Source of the DNA: Isosphaeraceae bacterium
Lineage (GTDB): Bacteria > Planctomycetota > Planctomycetia > Isosphaerales > Isosphaeraceae
Length of the DNA: 37,513 nt
Direction: 5' to 3'
NCBI GenBank assembly: GCA_043738665.1
Contig: JAYUFP010000536.1
Span: 1-37,513 of the forward strand
Below the pieces are notes generated by a model. The model did not search any database. It worked only from the letters and a program-made list of their open reading frames with translations, and was not told the origin of the DNA. The translations under genes and the position numbers were made by a program. How positions within the stretch are numbered: the first letter of the stretch is position 1; each line of letters starts with the position of its first letter. Positions 16,936 to 27,871 of the stretch are shown one piece after another.

Positions 16936-18507
16936 CTACCGGACTGCCCCCGACTCGCCCCCGCGGGCGGTGGCCGCCGGGTTCGTCACCCGGTAAAGCC
17001 GGAAGGTCCGGTCGAAGCTGACGGCAGGCCCCTCGGCGAGCGTCTCGACACGACCAAGCGTTTTAAGGCTCGCTTCATCGGCCTCGCGGCCCACGACGAC
17101 GAAGCTGTCCCGGTTGGCTTCGCCCTCGGCAAGCTCGTCGAACGTGAACCGGCATGACGCCGGGCGTCCGAGATAGAAGAGTCTCACCGCGAAGTCGTGC
17201 GGGACGGGGCCGAACGGGGTCTCATACGGGAGCCGGTCGTACTCGATGAGGCGGTACAAGAGCGCGACGTGTTCTCCCGGGCGGAGCTTCGCCGCGGCGT
17301 TCTCGTAAAAAGCCCATTCGACCCCCCGACGGTCGAGTTTCGGTCCCAGCCAAAGAAAGCCGAGTGCGTAGGCCGTCCCCAGAATCGCGAACCCCGCGAC
17401 CGATGTACGGCGAACCCGCGACGGCGACCAACCTCGCCCCCGCTGGATCCGAGCCCCCAGCCGCAACAACCCTTGGGCCGCCCACACCGAGCAAGGCGGC
17501 AAGGCATGGATCGCGTAATGCGAGTTCTTCACGGTCGCCAGTGAAAGCAACAGTATCGGACCGATCAGCCACGCCAAAAACAGCCGTTCGCCGCCGAATC
17601 GCCCCGACCCGTCGCGCCTGAACGCCCCGGGAAGCGACTTGAAGGCCCCGGCGATCGCCAGGGGGGTCCACGGCAGGAGCATCGCCAGGATCGTCCCGGC
17701 GTACCACCAGGTCGACTGCCCGATGAAGTGCCGCGGCTTGGCCGAGAACCGGTCGGTGACGTGCAGGGTCCAGAGCCCCAAGGCCGAGGGGTGTCGCAAG
17801 GCTTCGAGCACCGGCCAGGTGAGAGCGAGCACCGCGGCGAGTGCCCAGCCTTTGCCGAACATCAGGCGTTTCAATGCGTTGCGGTCGCGGTCCCAGATCA
17901 GAGTCAGTCCCGCCGCCGCCACGACGAGCGCCGCGCCGAAGCCGACGCCCTTGGTCAACGACGTCAAACCGAGCCCGGCGAAGAACGCCCAGCGCCATTT
18001 CCGAAGGGTGGCCTCATCGCCGTTCTCGGAATCCCCTCGCAAATGGCCGAACGCGGCGAGGGTCGCGGCGACGAGTGCGGCGAGCAGGATGTCGGCCTCG
18101 GCGAGCCTTCCCCGCATCACGGTCCACGCGGTCGTCGCCTGGATCAATCCGGCGAGGAGTCCGACCGAAGGCCCGAACCGCCTCGCCGCCGTCAACGCGA
18201 CCACGAGCACCAGCGCCAGGGCCGCAAAAACCGAAGGTAGCCGCGCCACCCCCTCACTCACGCCCCCGGCGAGCTTGCCGATCAACGCCACAAGCCAGAT
18301 CGCCAGCGGAGGCTTTTCGAGCCAGGGGAGCCCGCCGACCGTGGGGGTCAGCAAATCGCCCGAGGCGATCATCTCGCGCGCGGCCTGGGCCACGAACGCC
18401 TCATGATAGGTGAGCCGGGACGCCGACCCGAGGCCGACGGCGAGCGTCAACACCCCCAGCGCCAAGACCGCCCCCGTCCGCGGCCAACCCAGCCGAGCCT
18501 CCGGCAT
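16936..18507 (-). CDS. ArnT/PMT-like glycosyltransferase family 39 (polytopic membrane protein)
   Basis: YHEAFVAQAAREMIASGDLLTPTVGGLPWLEKPPLAIWL plus many TM segments. Preferred start is the ATG at 18507 with GGAGGG 8 nt upstream; the track ORF extends to 18564. Confidence 0.85.
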   Translation of the reverse strand: MPEARLGWPRTGAVLALGVLTLAVGLGSASRLTYHEAFVAQAAREMIASGDLLTPTVGGLPWLEKPPLAIWLVALIGKLAGGVSEGVARLPSVFAALALVLVVALTAARRFGPSVGLLAGLIQATTAWTVMRGRLAEADILLAALVAATLAAFGHLRGDSENGDEATLRKWRWAFFAGLGLTSLTKGVGFGAALVVAAAGLTLIWDRDRNALKRLMFGKGWALAAVLALTWPVLEALRHPSALGLWTLHVTDRFSAKPRHFIGQSTWWYAGTILAMLLPWTPLAIAGAFKSLPGAFRRDGSGRFGGERLFLAWLIGPILLLSLATVKNSHYAIHALPPCSVWAAQGLLRLGARIQRGRGWSPSRVRRTSVAGFAILGTAYALGFLWLGPKLDRRGVEWAFYENAAAKLRPGEHVALLYRLIEYDRLPYETPFGPVPHDFAVRLFYLGRPASCRFTFDELAEGEANRDSFVVVGREADEASLKTLGRVETLAEGPAVSFDRTFRLYRVTNPAATARGGESGAVR

Positions 18508-19299
18508 GCTTCGGGCCCTCCATGACCCTTGCAATCCTCGCAAACGGTTCCGACCCGCCGGCATCCTAGTTCAAACCCGGAAAAAAGGCGACGCGAACCA
18601 TGCACGCCCGGCGACTTTGCGTAAAAAAACGGTCAGGCAAGATCAAATATGGATTTACGCCCAAGAGTCACGTAAAGGTCAACCGCTATTCGCTCCGATG
18701 AAGCGTGGTAGACCCGGGCGCTCGGGCAAACCTTGGCAATCACGTCGACCCCGCGGGCGGCAGACCATCCCGTTAGGGTCGGCGGTGAGACCTTTGCTCT
18801 GGCAACGTCCCGGACGAAAGACGGTCGGCACGGCCGACTCTACCAGGCAAAACGGTGCGACGACGGCCTTTCCGACACGGACCACGTAGCGCCCCGACCC
18901 GCACGGCGGACCCTACAAAATCCATCCTTTCGCCTCACGCGCCGTCCACGGCGGGCGGGGGAAAACCTGTTGATAACGCGTTCACGGTCGGTGTCCGGCC
19001 GAGGGGTTTCCCCCGAACGTCGATGACGACGGCGACAACGACCCACCGCGTCACCCGCCCTTGCCGCCGCGGTCGACACCTTTATCGACAGGTTTCCCCC
19101 CGGTGTTCAACGGCGGTTGTACCCGGTTAAGTTCTTTGGTATCATGGCTTTGTTCAACGGGATCGGGTACGATGCACGGAAACCCGCCGCCGCTTCGAAG
19201 AAGACGACGGTAGATCTCTCTCCTTTTCCTTCAGAAGAGAAACAAGCCCCGCACGTCCCGAGAGAGTGGGGGCGAAAACCATGACTCCGTTTGGATCCG

Positions 19300-19456
19300 G
19301 CGCGGTTTCATTTTCGACCTGGAGTTCTCGGGATGCCCGATGCCCGATGGTCATTGACCAAGAAATCAGACCGCGATCTTCACCAGATCCCGTGGACTTC
19401 CTTTGGTCATTGACCATCGGGCATCGGGCATCTCGGTCCATCAAAAACGAACAACC
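19300..19456. repeat. large palindromic repeat, same family as 15422-15578 (copy 2)
   Basis: gtttcattttcga (19305-19317); gatgcccgatgcccgatggtcattgaccaa (19332-19361) / ttggtcattgaccatcgggcatcgggcatc (19404-19433). Confidence 0.85.
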
Positions 19457-19600
19457 CTGTCTTTGGGCCGACAGGGCTCCCTCTTCGCTTGCGGAACGGG
19501 TAAGATTGAGAGGTTGGTCGGGCCCCGTCCTTCGGAGTCGACCGCCGGGGCGTTCGTTGATGCTCGGAATATTTAGCGATAGAGACGGAGATCCGACCGC

Positions 19601-20719
19601 ATGAAGGCCCTCTGCAACCGCGAAGGATTGCTCGCCGCATTTGGGGCGGTCGGCATGGTGGTTCCGGTCCGGAGCCCGAAACCGATCCTCCAGAGCGTCA
19701 AGCTCGTGGCGGACGCCGAGGACGGCTCGATCCTGATGGCGACCGACCTCGAAGTCGGGATCAGGCACCGGGTGCTCGGCATGAAGGTGGACCAGGCCGG
19801 CTCGGCGATCTTGCCGATGGCGCGGTTCTCGTCGATCCTCCGCACCAGCTCCGACCCCGAGATCTCGCTGGAAGCCGACGGCGAACGGCTCCACGTCCGC
19901 GGCCTCCGCGCCGAGTTCTCGCTCCCCGGGGAAGACCCGAGTCTTTACCCCGAAGTGCCGGACTTCGCCGCGACCGCCTTTCACACCGTCGCCGCGGCCG
20001 ACCTCCGCAAATTGATCCGCCGGACGATCTTCGCGACCGACGTGGAGAGCACCCGGTACGCCCTGGGAGGCGTCCTCGTCGAGCTGACGGCCGAAACCAT
20101 CACGATGGTCGGCACCGACGGCCGCAGGCTCGCCAGGATGTCCGCCCCGGCCGAGGCCGAGAACGACGCGACGAACCCCGCCGGAAGCCCCGTCATCCCC
20201 GTGAAGGCGTTAAAGCTGATCGAACGGAACCTTGAAGACTCCGACCCGCCGGTCCACATCGCCATCCAGGGGACGACCGCCGTGCTCGTCCGCACCGAGC
20301 GCGCCGTGATTTACTCCCGGCTCGTCGAAGGCCGCTTCCCCCGGTATCAGGACGTCTTCCCGGCGAACGTCGACGTCAAGATCCGCCTCGAAGTCGGCCC
20401 GTTGCGGCTCGCCGTGGAGCAGGCGTCGATCGTCACGAGCGAGGAGAGCCGAGGGGTCGATTTCTCGTTCGGCAACGGCGTCTTGAAGCTGTCGAGCCAG
20501 GCGGCCGACGTGGGAACCTCGCACGTCGAGCTGCCGATCGGCTACGAAGGCAAGCCCGTCGAGATCACGTTCGACCCCCGCTACCTGACCGACGCCTTGA
20601 AAACCCTCGAAGACACCGCCGAGATCACCGCCGAACTGATCGACGCCAAGAACGCCGCCGTCTTCAAGACCGACGATCGGTACACGTACGTGGTGATGCC
20701 GTTGACGCGGGACCGGTGA
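19601..20719 (+). CDS. dnaN: DNA polymerase III beta subunit (sliding clamp)
   Basis: 372 aa. Starts MKALCNREGLLAAFGAVGMVVPVRSPKPILQSVKLVA... and ends ...YTYVVMPLTRDR, with three-domain clamp length and pattern. Confidence 0.96.
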   Translation: MKALCNREGLLAAFGAVGMVVPVRSPKPILQSVKLVADAEDGSILMATDLEVGIRHRVLGMKVDQAGSAILPMARFSSILRTSSDPEISLEADGERLHVRGLRAEFSLPGEDPSLYPEVPDFAATAFHTVAAADLRKLIRRTIFATDVESTRYALGGVLVELTAETITMVGTDGRRLARMSAPAEAENDATNPAGSPVIPVKALKLIERNLEDSDPPVHIAIQGTTAVLVRTERAVIYSRLVEGRFPRYQDVFPANVDVKIRLEVGPLRLAVEQASIVTSEESRGVDFSFGNGVLKLSSQAADVGTSHVELPIGYEGKPVEITFDPRYLTDALKTLEDTAEITAELIDAKNAAVFKTDDRYTYVVMPLTRDR

Positions 20720-20743
20720 GGGATGGCCGACGACCGATGATCG

Positions 20744-20909
20744 ATGGCGGTCGTGACCTACGCAAACTTGAAGGTCTGACAATTAGGGACTTTTCGCTGC
20801 CCGTAAACCGCTCGGATTAATGGACTTGCGGTCTTGAGTCGCGAGATTTCGTCAGTTCGGGCAAACAAGCCGAAAACAAGCGATTCAAGTTTTCGTAGGT
20901 CACGACGCC
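20744..20909. repeat. long imperfect stem (about 24 bp) enclosing a lower-GC segment of about 105 nt in the dnaN-dciA spacer
   Basis: ggcggtcgtgacctacgcaaacttgaa (from 20744) pairs with ttcaagttttcgtaggtcacgacgcc (to 20909), with 1 mismatch and 1 bulge. Confidence 0.55.
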
Positions 20910-20960
20910 GATGGCCGATGATCGAAAACGGAGTTTTGGTCATCGATCATCGGCCATCGC
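20910..20960. repeat. palindrome cgatggccgatgatcga / tcgatcatcggccatcg (related to the 15.4 kb and 19.3 kb family)
   Basis: Perfect 17-bp inverted repeat read directly from the sequence. Confidence 0.75.
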
Positions 20961-21092
20961 CCATCAATCCCGTTGCCTGCGGGGTCCGTCCAGGGTTACA
21001 ATGAAAGGGCGTTCACTCCCCTCGGGATGAGGACGATGAGGAACGTCGGGTACACGAGGCCACGGCCCGACCGGTCGGGGGACGCGAAAGGC

Positions 21093-21506
21093 ATGGCGAG
21101 CCCGAGCCCGAAACACCGAGGACCCAAGGCGGTCTCCGACATCCTCGCGGAACTCTTCGCCGCGAAGGGGCTCGCCAGGCTCGGCGCCGCGAAGGCGCTC
21201 GAAGACGCCTGGAACGCGGCGGTGGGCGAGCCGCGTTGCAAGCTGACAAAGCTCGGCGAGGTCCGCCGGGGGATCCTGAACGTCACGGTGGCGCACTCAG
21301 CCTTGCTCGAAGAACTCGCCGCGTTCGAAAAGTCGAGGCTCCTGAAGGCCCTCCGCCAAAGCGTCCCCGACCTCTCCGTGCTCGACATCCGGTTTCGCGT
21401 GGGTCCAATCCTCACGACGCCCAAAGAGCCTAATAAGGCCGAAAACCCGCCCCACCGGCCTTTCGGCGGGAAACGTAATGGCAAGCGAACCGAGGAGGGC
21501 TACTGA
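21093..21506 (+). CDS. dciA: DUF721 / DciA-like protein
   Basis: VSDILAELFAAKGLARLGAAKALEDAWNAAVGEPRCKLTKLGEVRRGILNVTVAHSALLEELAAFEKSRLLKAL matches the DUF721 pattern and the usual position between dnaN and gyrB. Start uncertain (21093 preferred; the track gives 20973). Confidence 0.8.
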   Translation: MASPSPKHRGPKAVSDILAELFAAKGLARLGAAKALEDAWNAAVGEPRCKLTKLGEVRRGILNVTVAHSALLEELAAFEKSRLLKALRQSVPDLSVLDIRFRVGPILTTPKEPNKAENPPHRPFGGKRNGKRTEEGY

Positions 21507-22273
21507 TGGAACCGCGATCGCCGACCTCGGCGGTGCTTGAGCCCTTGCCGGTGCCGTTGGATCAACTGTATCGGATGTCGCCCGAAGTCTACCAAGGGAT
21601 GATCGAGCACGGCCTGTTGAACGCCGACGGCCGGGACCGAGTGGAACTCGTCGATGGCTTTTTGGTCGTGGAAGGTGTGTCGGCTGATCCCATTGACAGG
21701 CTCTACCGGATTCCCCTGGAGGTTTACCTTGAGACCGCCGAGATCGGGTTGCTCGGGCCGCCGGATAAGGTCGAGATGCTTGACGGGGTTCTGGTGAAAC
21801 AGATGACCAAAGGCCACCCGCATTACACTGCGACGATGTTGGTTGTAGAGGCCCTCAAAGCGATCATCTCAAAAGGCTGGATCGTCAGACCCGAAGGCCC
21901 TGTCGCCCTGTCATCAGGCCCAAAAGGGCGTCCGTCGGTTCCGGAACCCGACGTGACGGTTGCCCGAGGTGCATGGCGTGATTATTCGAGCCGCAATCCG
22001 ACACCGGAAGACACCGCGCTGGTCGTCGAGGTGGCCGACAGCTCCCTGCGTAAGGATCGGAAGGGGCTGGCCCGCTATTCGTGGACGAACATCCCCGTCG
22101 TCTGGATCGTCAACCTGAATGAGCAAACCGTCGAGGTCTACTCCCGGCCGACCGGCCCGGGCGAATTTTCGAAATATCAAGAAATGACGACTTACGGCCC
22201 GGATGACGAAATTCCCGCGGTGATCGACGGGCATGAGGTCGGCAAGGTCGCCGTGAAAGACTTCTTGCCCTGA
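21506..22273 (+). CDS. Uma2 (DUF820) family restriction-endonuclease-fold protein, paralogue 1
   Basis: PEPDVTV...ALVVEVADSSLRKDRKGLARYSWTNIPVVWIVNL. TGATG overlap with the DUF721 gene. The N-terminal LYRxxxEVY...VELxDGxLV segment is duplicated. Confidence 0.85.
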   Translation: MEPRSPTSAVLEPLPVPLDQLYRMSPEVYQGMIEHGLLNADGRDRVELVDGFLVVEGVSADPIDRLYRIPLEVYLETAEIGLLGPPDKVEMLDGVLVKQMTKGHPHYTATMLVVEALKAIISKGWIVRPEGPVALSSGPKGRPSVPEPDVTVARGAWRDYSSRNPTPEDTALVVEVADSSLRKDRKGLARYSWTNIPVVWIVNLNEQTVEVYSRPTGPGEFSKYQEMTTYGPDDEIPAVIDGHEVGKVAVKDFLP

Positions 22274-22363
22274 CTCATGGTTTCGGCCGCGTTGAGACGC
22301 GATGTTCCAGGGGTCTTATCGGATTTGCTTGTCGGAAGCGGTAACCGAGGAGGGCTTTTGATC

Positions 22364-23128
22364 ATGGAACCGCGAACGCAGACCTCGGCGTTGCTTGAGC
22401 CTTTGCCGGTCCCCGTGGATCAGCTCCATCGGATGTCGCCGGACGTTTACGAATCGATGATTGCGCACGACCTTATCAGGAAGGACGACAAGGTCGTTTT
22501 GCTCGACGGGGTGCTCGTGAAAAAAAACGCCTCGTCATCGAATTCGCCCGATCGTTTTTACCGAATGACGACCGACCTGTATCACGAGATGGCCGATCAC
22601 GGTCTGTTGAGACCACAAGACAAGATCGAGCTTCTCAACGGCCTTTTGGTGAAGAAGATGCCCAGAGGAGCGCCTCACGTCACCATCACCCAACGGCTGG
22701 TCGACGCGTTGAACGACCTTGCCGTGAAAGGCTGGTATGTCCGAAAGGAAGACCCGATCACGTTGCCCGAGGGACCGGACGGCGGGGGGAGTGAGCCGGA
22801 ACCGGACGTGGTTGTCACACGGGGGGGGCGCGACGACTACGAAGATCACCATCCCGGCCCGGAGGAGGTGGCGCTCGTCGTCGAGGTCGCCGATAGCTCG
22901 CTCCGCGAAGACCGCGAGGCGTTGCCGATTTATGCCTGGTCGGGGATACCCGTCGTCTGGATCGTGAACAAGAAAGAAAAGTTGATCGAAGTCCATTCGA
23001 ATCCGACGGGATCCGTTCACACGGCACGTTTTCAAGAGGTCGTCACGTTCACCGACGCGGACGACATCCCGGTGGTGATCGACGGCCGCGAAGTCGGCCG
23101 GATCTCCGTCAAATCCATCGTTCGTTGA
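22364..23128 (+). CDS. Uma2 (DUF820) family protein, paralogue 2 (tandem duplicate)
   Basis: Start at MEPRTQTSALLEPLPVPVDQLHRM. The RBS-plus-start string aaccgaggagggct..atggaaccgcga is duplicated from 21489-21515. PEPDVVV...ALVVEVADSSLREDREALPIYAWSGIPVVWIVN. Confidence 0.85.
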   Translation: MEPRTQTSALLEPLPVPVDQLHRMSPDVYESMIAHDLIRKDDKVVLLDGVLVKKNASSSNSPDRFYRMTTDLYHEMADHGLLRPQDKIELLNGLLVKKMPRGAPHVTITQRLVDALNDLAVKGWYVRKEDPITLPEGPDGGGSEPEPDVVVTRGGRDDYEDHHPGPEEVALVVEVADSSLREDREALPIYAWSGIPVVWIVNKKEKLIEVHSNPTGSVHTARFQEVVTFTDADDIPVVIDGREVGRISVKSIVR

Positions 23129-23176
23129 AGTTCCGCTTCCGAACGCATCGCGCACAACGTTTGATTGTCCGTTTGA

Positions 23177-25732
<2,556 letters not shown>

Positions 25733-25746
25733 CGAATGATGCTTTG

Positions 25747-25771
25747 TAAGGTGGGCACCGCCCACCACGGC
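25747..25771. terminator. REP-like GC hairpin immediately after gyrB
   Basis: gtaaggtgggcaccgcccaccacgg contains a 6-bp stem (ggtggg/cccacc). Same core as 16814-16833. No clear U-tract. Confidence 0.45.
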
Positions 25772-25858
25772 CAGAGTCCAAAGGATCGGGGTGCCCCCCC
25801 GTGTACAAGCTGAAACCGTGGTGTTCAGGTCGGGCAAATCAATCGGGGCTTAGAGGCT

Positions 25859-27121
25859 ATGACCAGGACTGAATTAGAAGAAGAACAGTTACTACCTCTT
25901 GTGCAAAATGCTCCCACCGCATTTCTCCGACGTCTAAAGATTCGGAATTACAAGAGTATCGGTAATTGCGACGTTGAACTCAGACCCCTAACGGTATTGG
26001 TTGGTCGAAACGGCTCGGGAAAGAGTAATTTTCTCGACGCGCTGCGATTTGTTGCAGACGCACTAAGGACATCTCTCGATCATGCGATCAAATCTCGCGG
26101 CGGCATCGACGAGGTTAGACGGCGCGTCGCAGGTCACCCAAACAATTTCGCATTGGAACTGGAGGTCGACCTTGGAGACGGCCGTTGGGCGCACTACGGT
26201 TTTGAAGTGGCGGCACGAAAGAAAGGCGGATTCTCGGTCAAGAAGGAAGCTCTTCAAATTCGAGGAGGTCTAAACCAACTGGTGGGTTCATACCGTCTCG
26301 ATGAAGGGAAACTGACCCATTCTAGCGAGACGCCAATGCCCCCAGCGTCTTCCGACCGACTGTATCTGGTGAACGCCGCCGGTCTTCCTACATTTCGCTC
26401 TGTTTACGATGCGCTACTTACGATGGGATTCTACAACCTGAATCCCGAATCGATGAAGGCTCTCCAGAGTCCGGACGCGGGAGAAATCTTACATCGCGAT
26501 GGTGGGAACATCGCGAGCGTGATCGGTCGGATTGGCAACGACCGTCCGCCAATCAAAGAGCGAATCAAGGAATACCTGGCAACGATTGTACCCGGTGTAA
26601 CGGACGTCAGTCGAATTCCTCTTGGGCCTAAAGAGACACTAGAGTTTCGTCAAAAGGTACACAAGTCGCCCTCGCCCTGGAAATTCCTCGCGAATAGTAT
26701 GTCAGATGGAACATTGCGGGCTCTTGGAACGCTTGTCGCCGTCACCCAGTTGGCGGAAGGGGCCGCACCTGTTAGGTTAGTAGGCATTGAGGAACCGGAG
26801 ACCGCGCTTCATCCCGCAGCGTCGGGGGCCTTGATGGATGCGTTGCGAGAAGCGGCGGTCCATACTCAAGTTGTGGTGACCACACACAGCCCCGATCTTC
26901 TTGACAGAGTCAATCCTGAAACTGACCGACTTCTCGTCGTCGAGATTCGCGATGGAGATACTAAAGTCGCCCCCATCGACGCCGCCAGTCTCAAGGTCAT
27001 CAAGAAGCAATTGTATACGCCTGGCGAACTCCTTCGCATGGACCAACTCGAGCTTGATTGGAGAGACCTCGAACGTCAAAAACAAATTGATATGTTCGAA
27101 TATTCGGAGCCGCGGAAATGA
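25859..27121 (+). CDS. ABC-type (AAA_15/AAA_21, OLD/RecF-like) ATPase
   Basis: LKIRNYKSIGNCDVELRPLTVLVGRNGSGKSNFLDAL (Walker A), LVGIEEPETALHP (Walker B/D-loop), VVVTTHSPDLL (H-loop). GC clearly lower than the flanks. Confidence 0.88.
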   Translation: MTRTELEEEQLLPLVQNAPTAFLRRLKIRNYKSIGNCDVELRPLTVLVGRNGSGKSNFLDALRFVADALRTSLDHAIKSRGGIDEVRRRVAGHPNNFALELEVDLGDGRWAHYGFEVAARKKGGFSVKKEALQIRGGLNQLVGSYRLDEGKLTHSSETPMPPASSDRLYLVNAAGLPTFRSVYDALLTMGFYNLNPESMKALQSPDAGEILHRDGGNIASVIGRIGNDRPPIKERIKEYLATIVPGVTDVSRIPLGPKETLEFRQKVHKSPSPWKFLANSMSDGTLRALGTLVAVTQLAEGAAPVRLVGIEEPETALHPAASGALMDALREAAVHTQVVVTTHSPDLLDRVNPETDRLLVVEIRDGDTKVAPIDAASLKVIKKQLYTPGELLRMDQLELDWRDLERQKQIDMFEYSEPRK

Positions 27122-27732
27122 GCCGCCTCCGGGTTGTTCCCATAGTCGAGGGAAATGGAGAAGTCGAATGCGTTCGCATCTTAATTGAGCGCATCTGGGC
27201 TATGGTAGGGGGGGAGTATGTGTCGGTATGCCGTCCGATTCTTCAGTCACGTGGTCTTCTGGTCAAGAAAGAAGGTCTGACCAGAGCGATTGATTTGGCG
27301 AGAGAAAAACTCGGAGATCTTCCCGAGTCTTCTGATCCGGAAATGGTATTGATTCTGCTCGACGCGGATGAAGACTGTGCTTATGAGTGGGGGCGAAAGC
27401 TGCTTGGATGGGGCCGTGAAGCGCATTCCGATCTCGATTTGGCGTGTGTACTGGCAGTGAGCGAATATGAGACCTGGTTTGCGGCCTCGGCTGAGTCACT
27501 CAAGAAATCCCTCGATCTTCCCCCTGATTTCGTTGCGTCGGACGACTCGGAAAAATCCCGGCACGGGAAGCGCTGGGTCGAACGCTATCGACGCGGGGCG
27601 AGTTATCAGGAGACCATCGACCAGCCTAAGATGACCAGCGTGATGGACCTAGATTTATGTCGCAGGCGTTCGCGGTCGTTTAACAAACTCTGTCGCGAAT
27701 TTGAACAGCGACTTGGTAAAGAAATCGCCTGA
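27118..27732 (+). CDS. DUF4276-like protein (Toprim-like, putative nuclease partner of the ATPase)
   Basis: ATGA overlap with the ATPase gene. PIVEGNGEVECV (Toprim-type Glu) and LILLDADEDC (DxD). About 200 aa, as in DUF4276. Confidence 0.75.
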   Translation: MSRLRVVPIVEGNGEVECVRILIERIWAMVGGEYVSVCRPILQSRGLLVKKEGLTRAIDLAREKLGDLPESSDPEMVLILLDADEDCAYEWGRKLLGWGREAHSDLDLACVLAVSEYETWFAASAESLKKSLDLPPDFVASDDSEKSRHGKRWVERYRRGASYQETIDQPKMTSVMDLDLCRRRSRSFNKLCREFEQRLGKEIA

Positions 27733-27871
27733 TGGCGAGGCCCCGGCACCCGTCGAAGGAAATAGAGTCCGCGGTGTCTTACGCCGAATCGCTTGGCTGG
27801 ACGTTCCTTCCCGTCGGGCGGGCATGTTTGGGGGATTCTGAGGTGTCCCCATCAGGGCCAGGAGTGAGACC
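27732..27871 (+). pseudogene. possible frameshifted small ORF (MARPRHPSKEIESAVSYAESLGWTF... / ...GGHVWGILRCPHQGQE*)
   Basis: ATG overlaps the DUF4276 stop (TGATG). The N-part is in one frame, and the +1 frame then reads PSGGHVWGILRCPHQGQE-stop just before the next gene. The switch coincides with a C-run (cttcccgtc). Confidence 0.3.
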
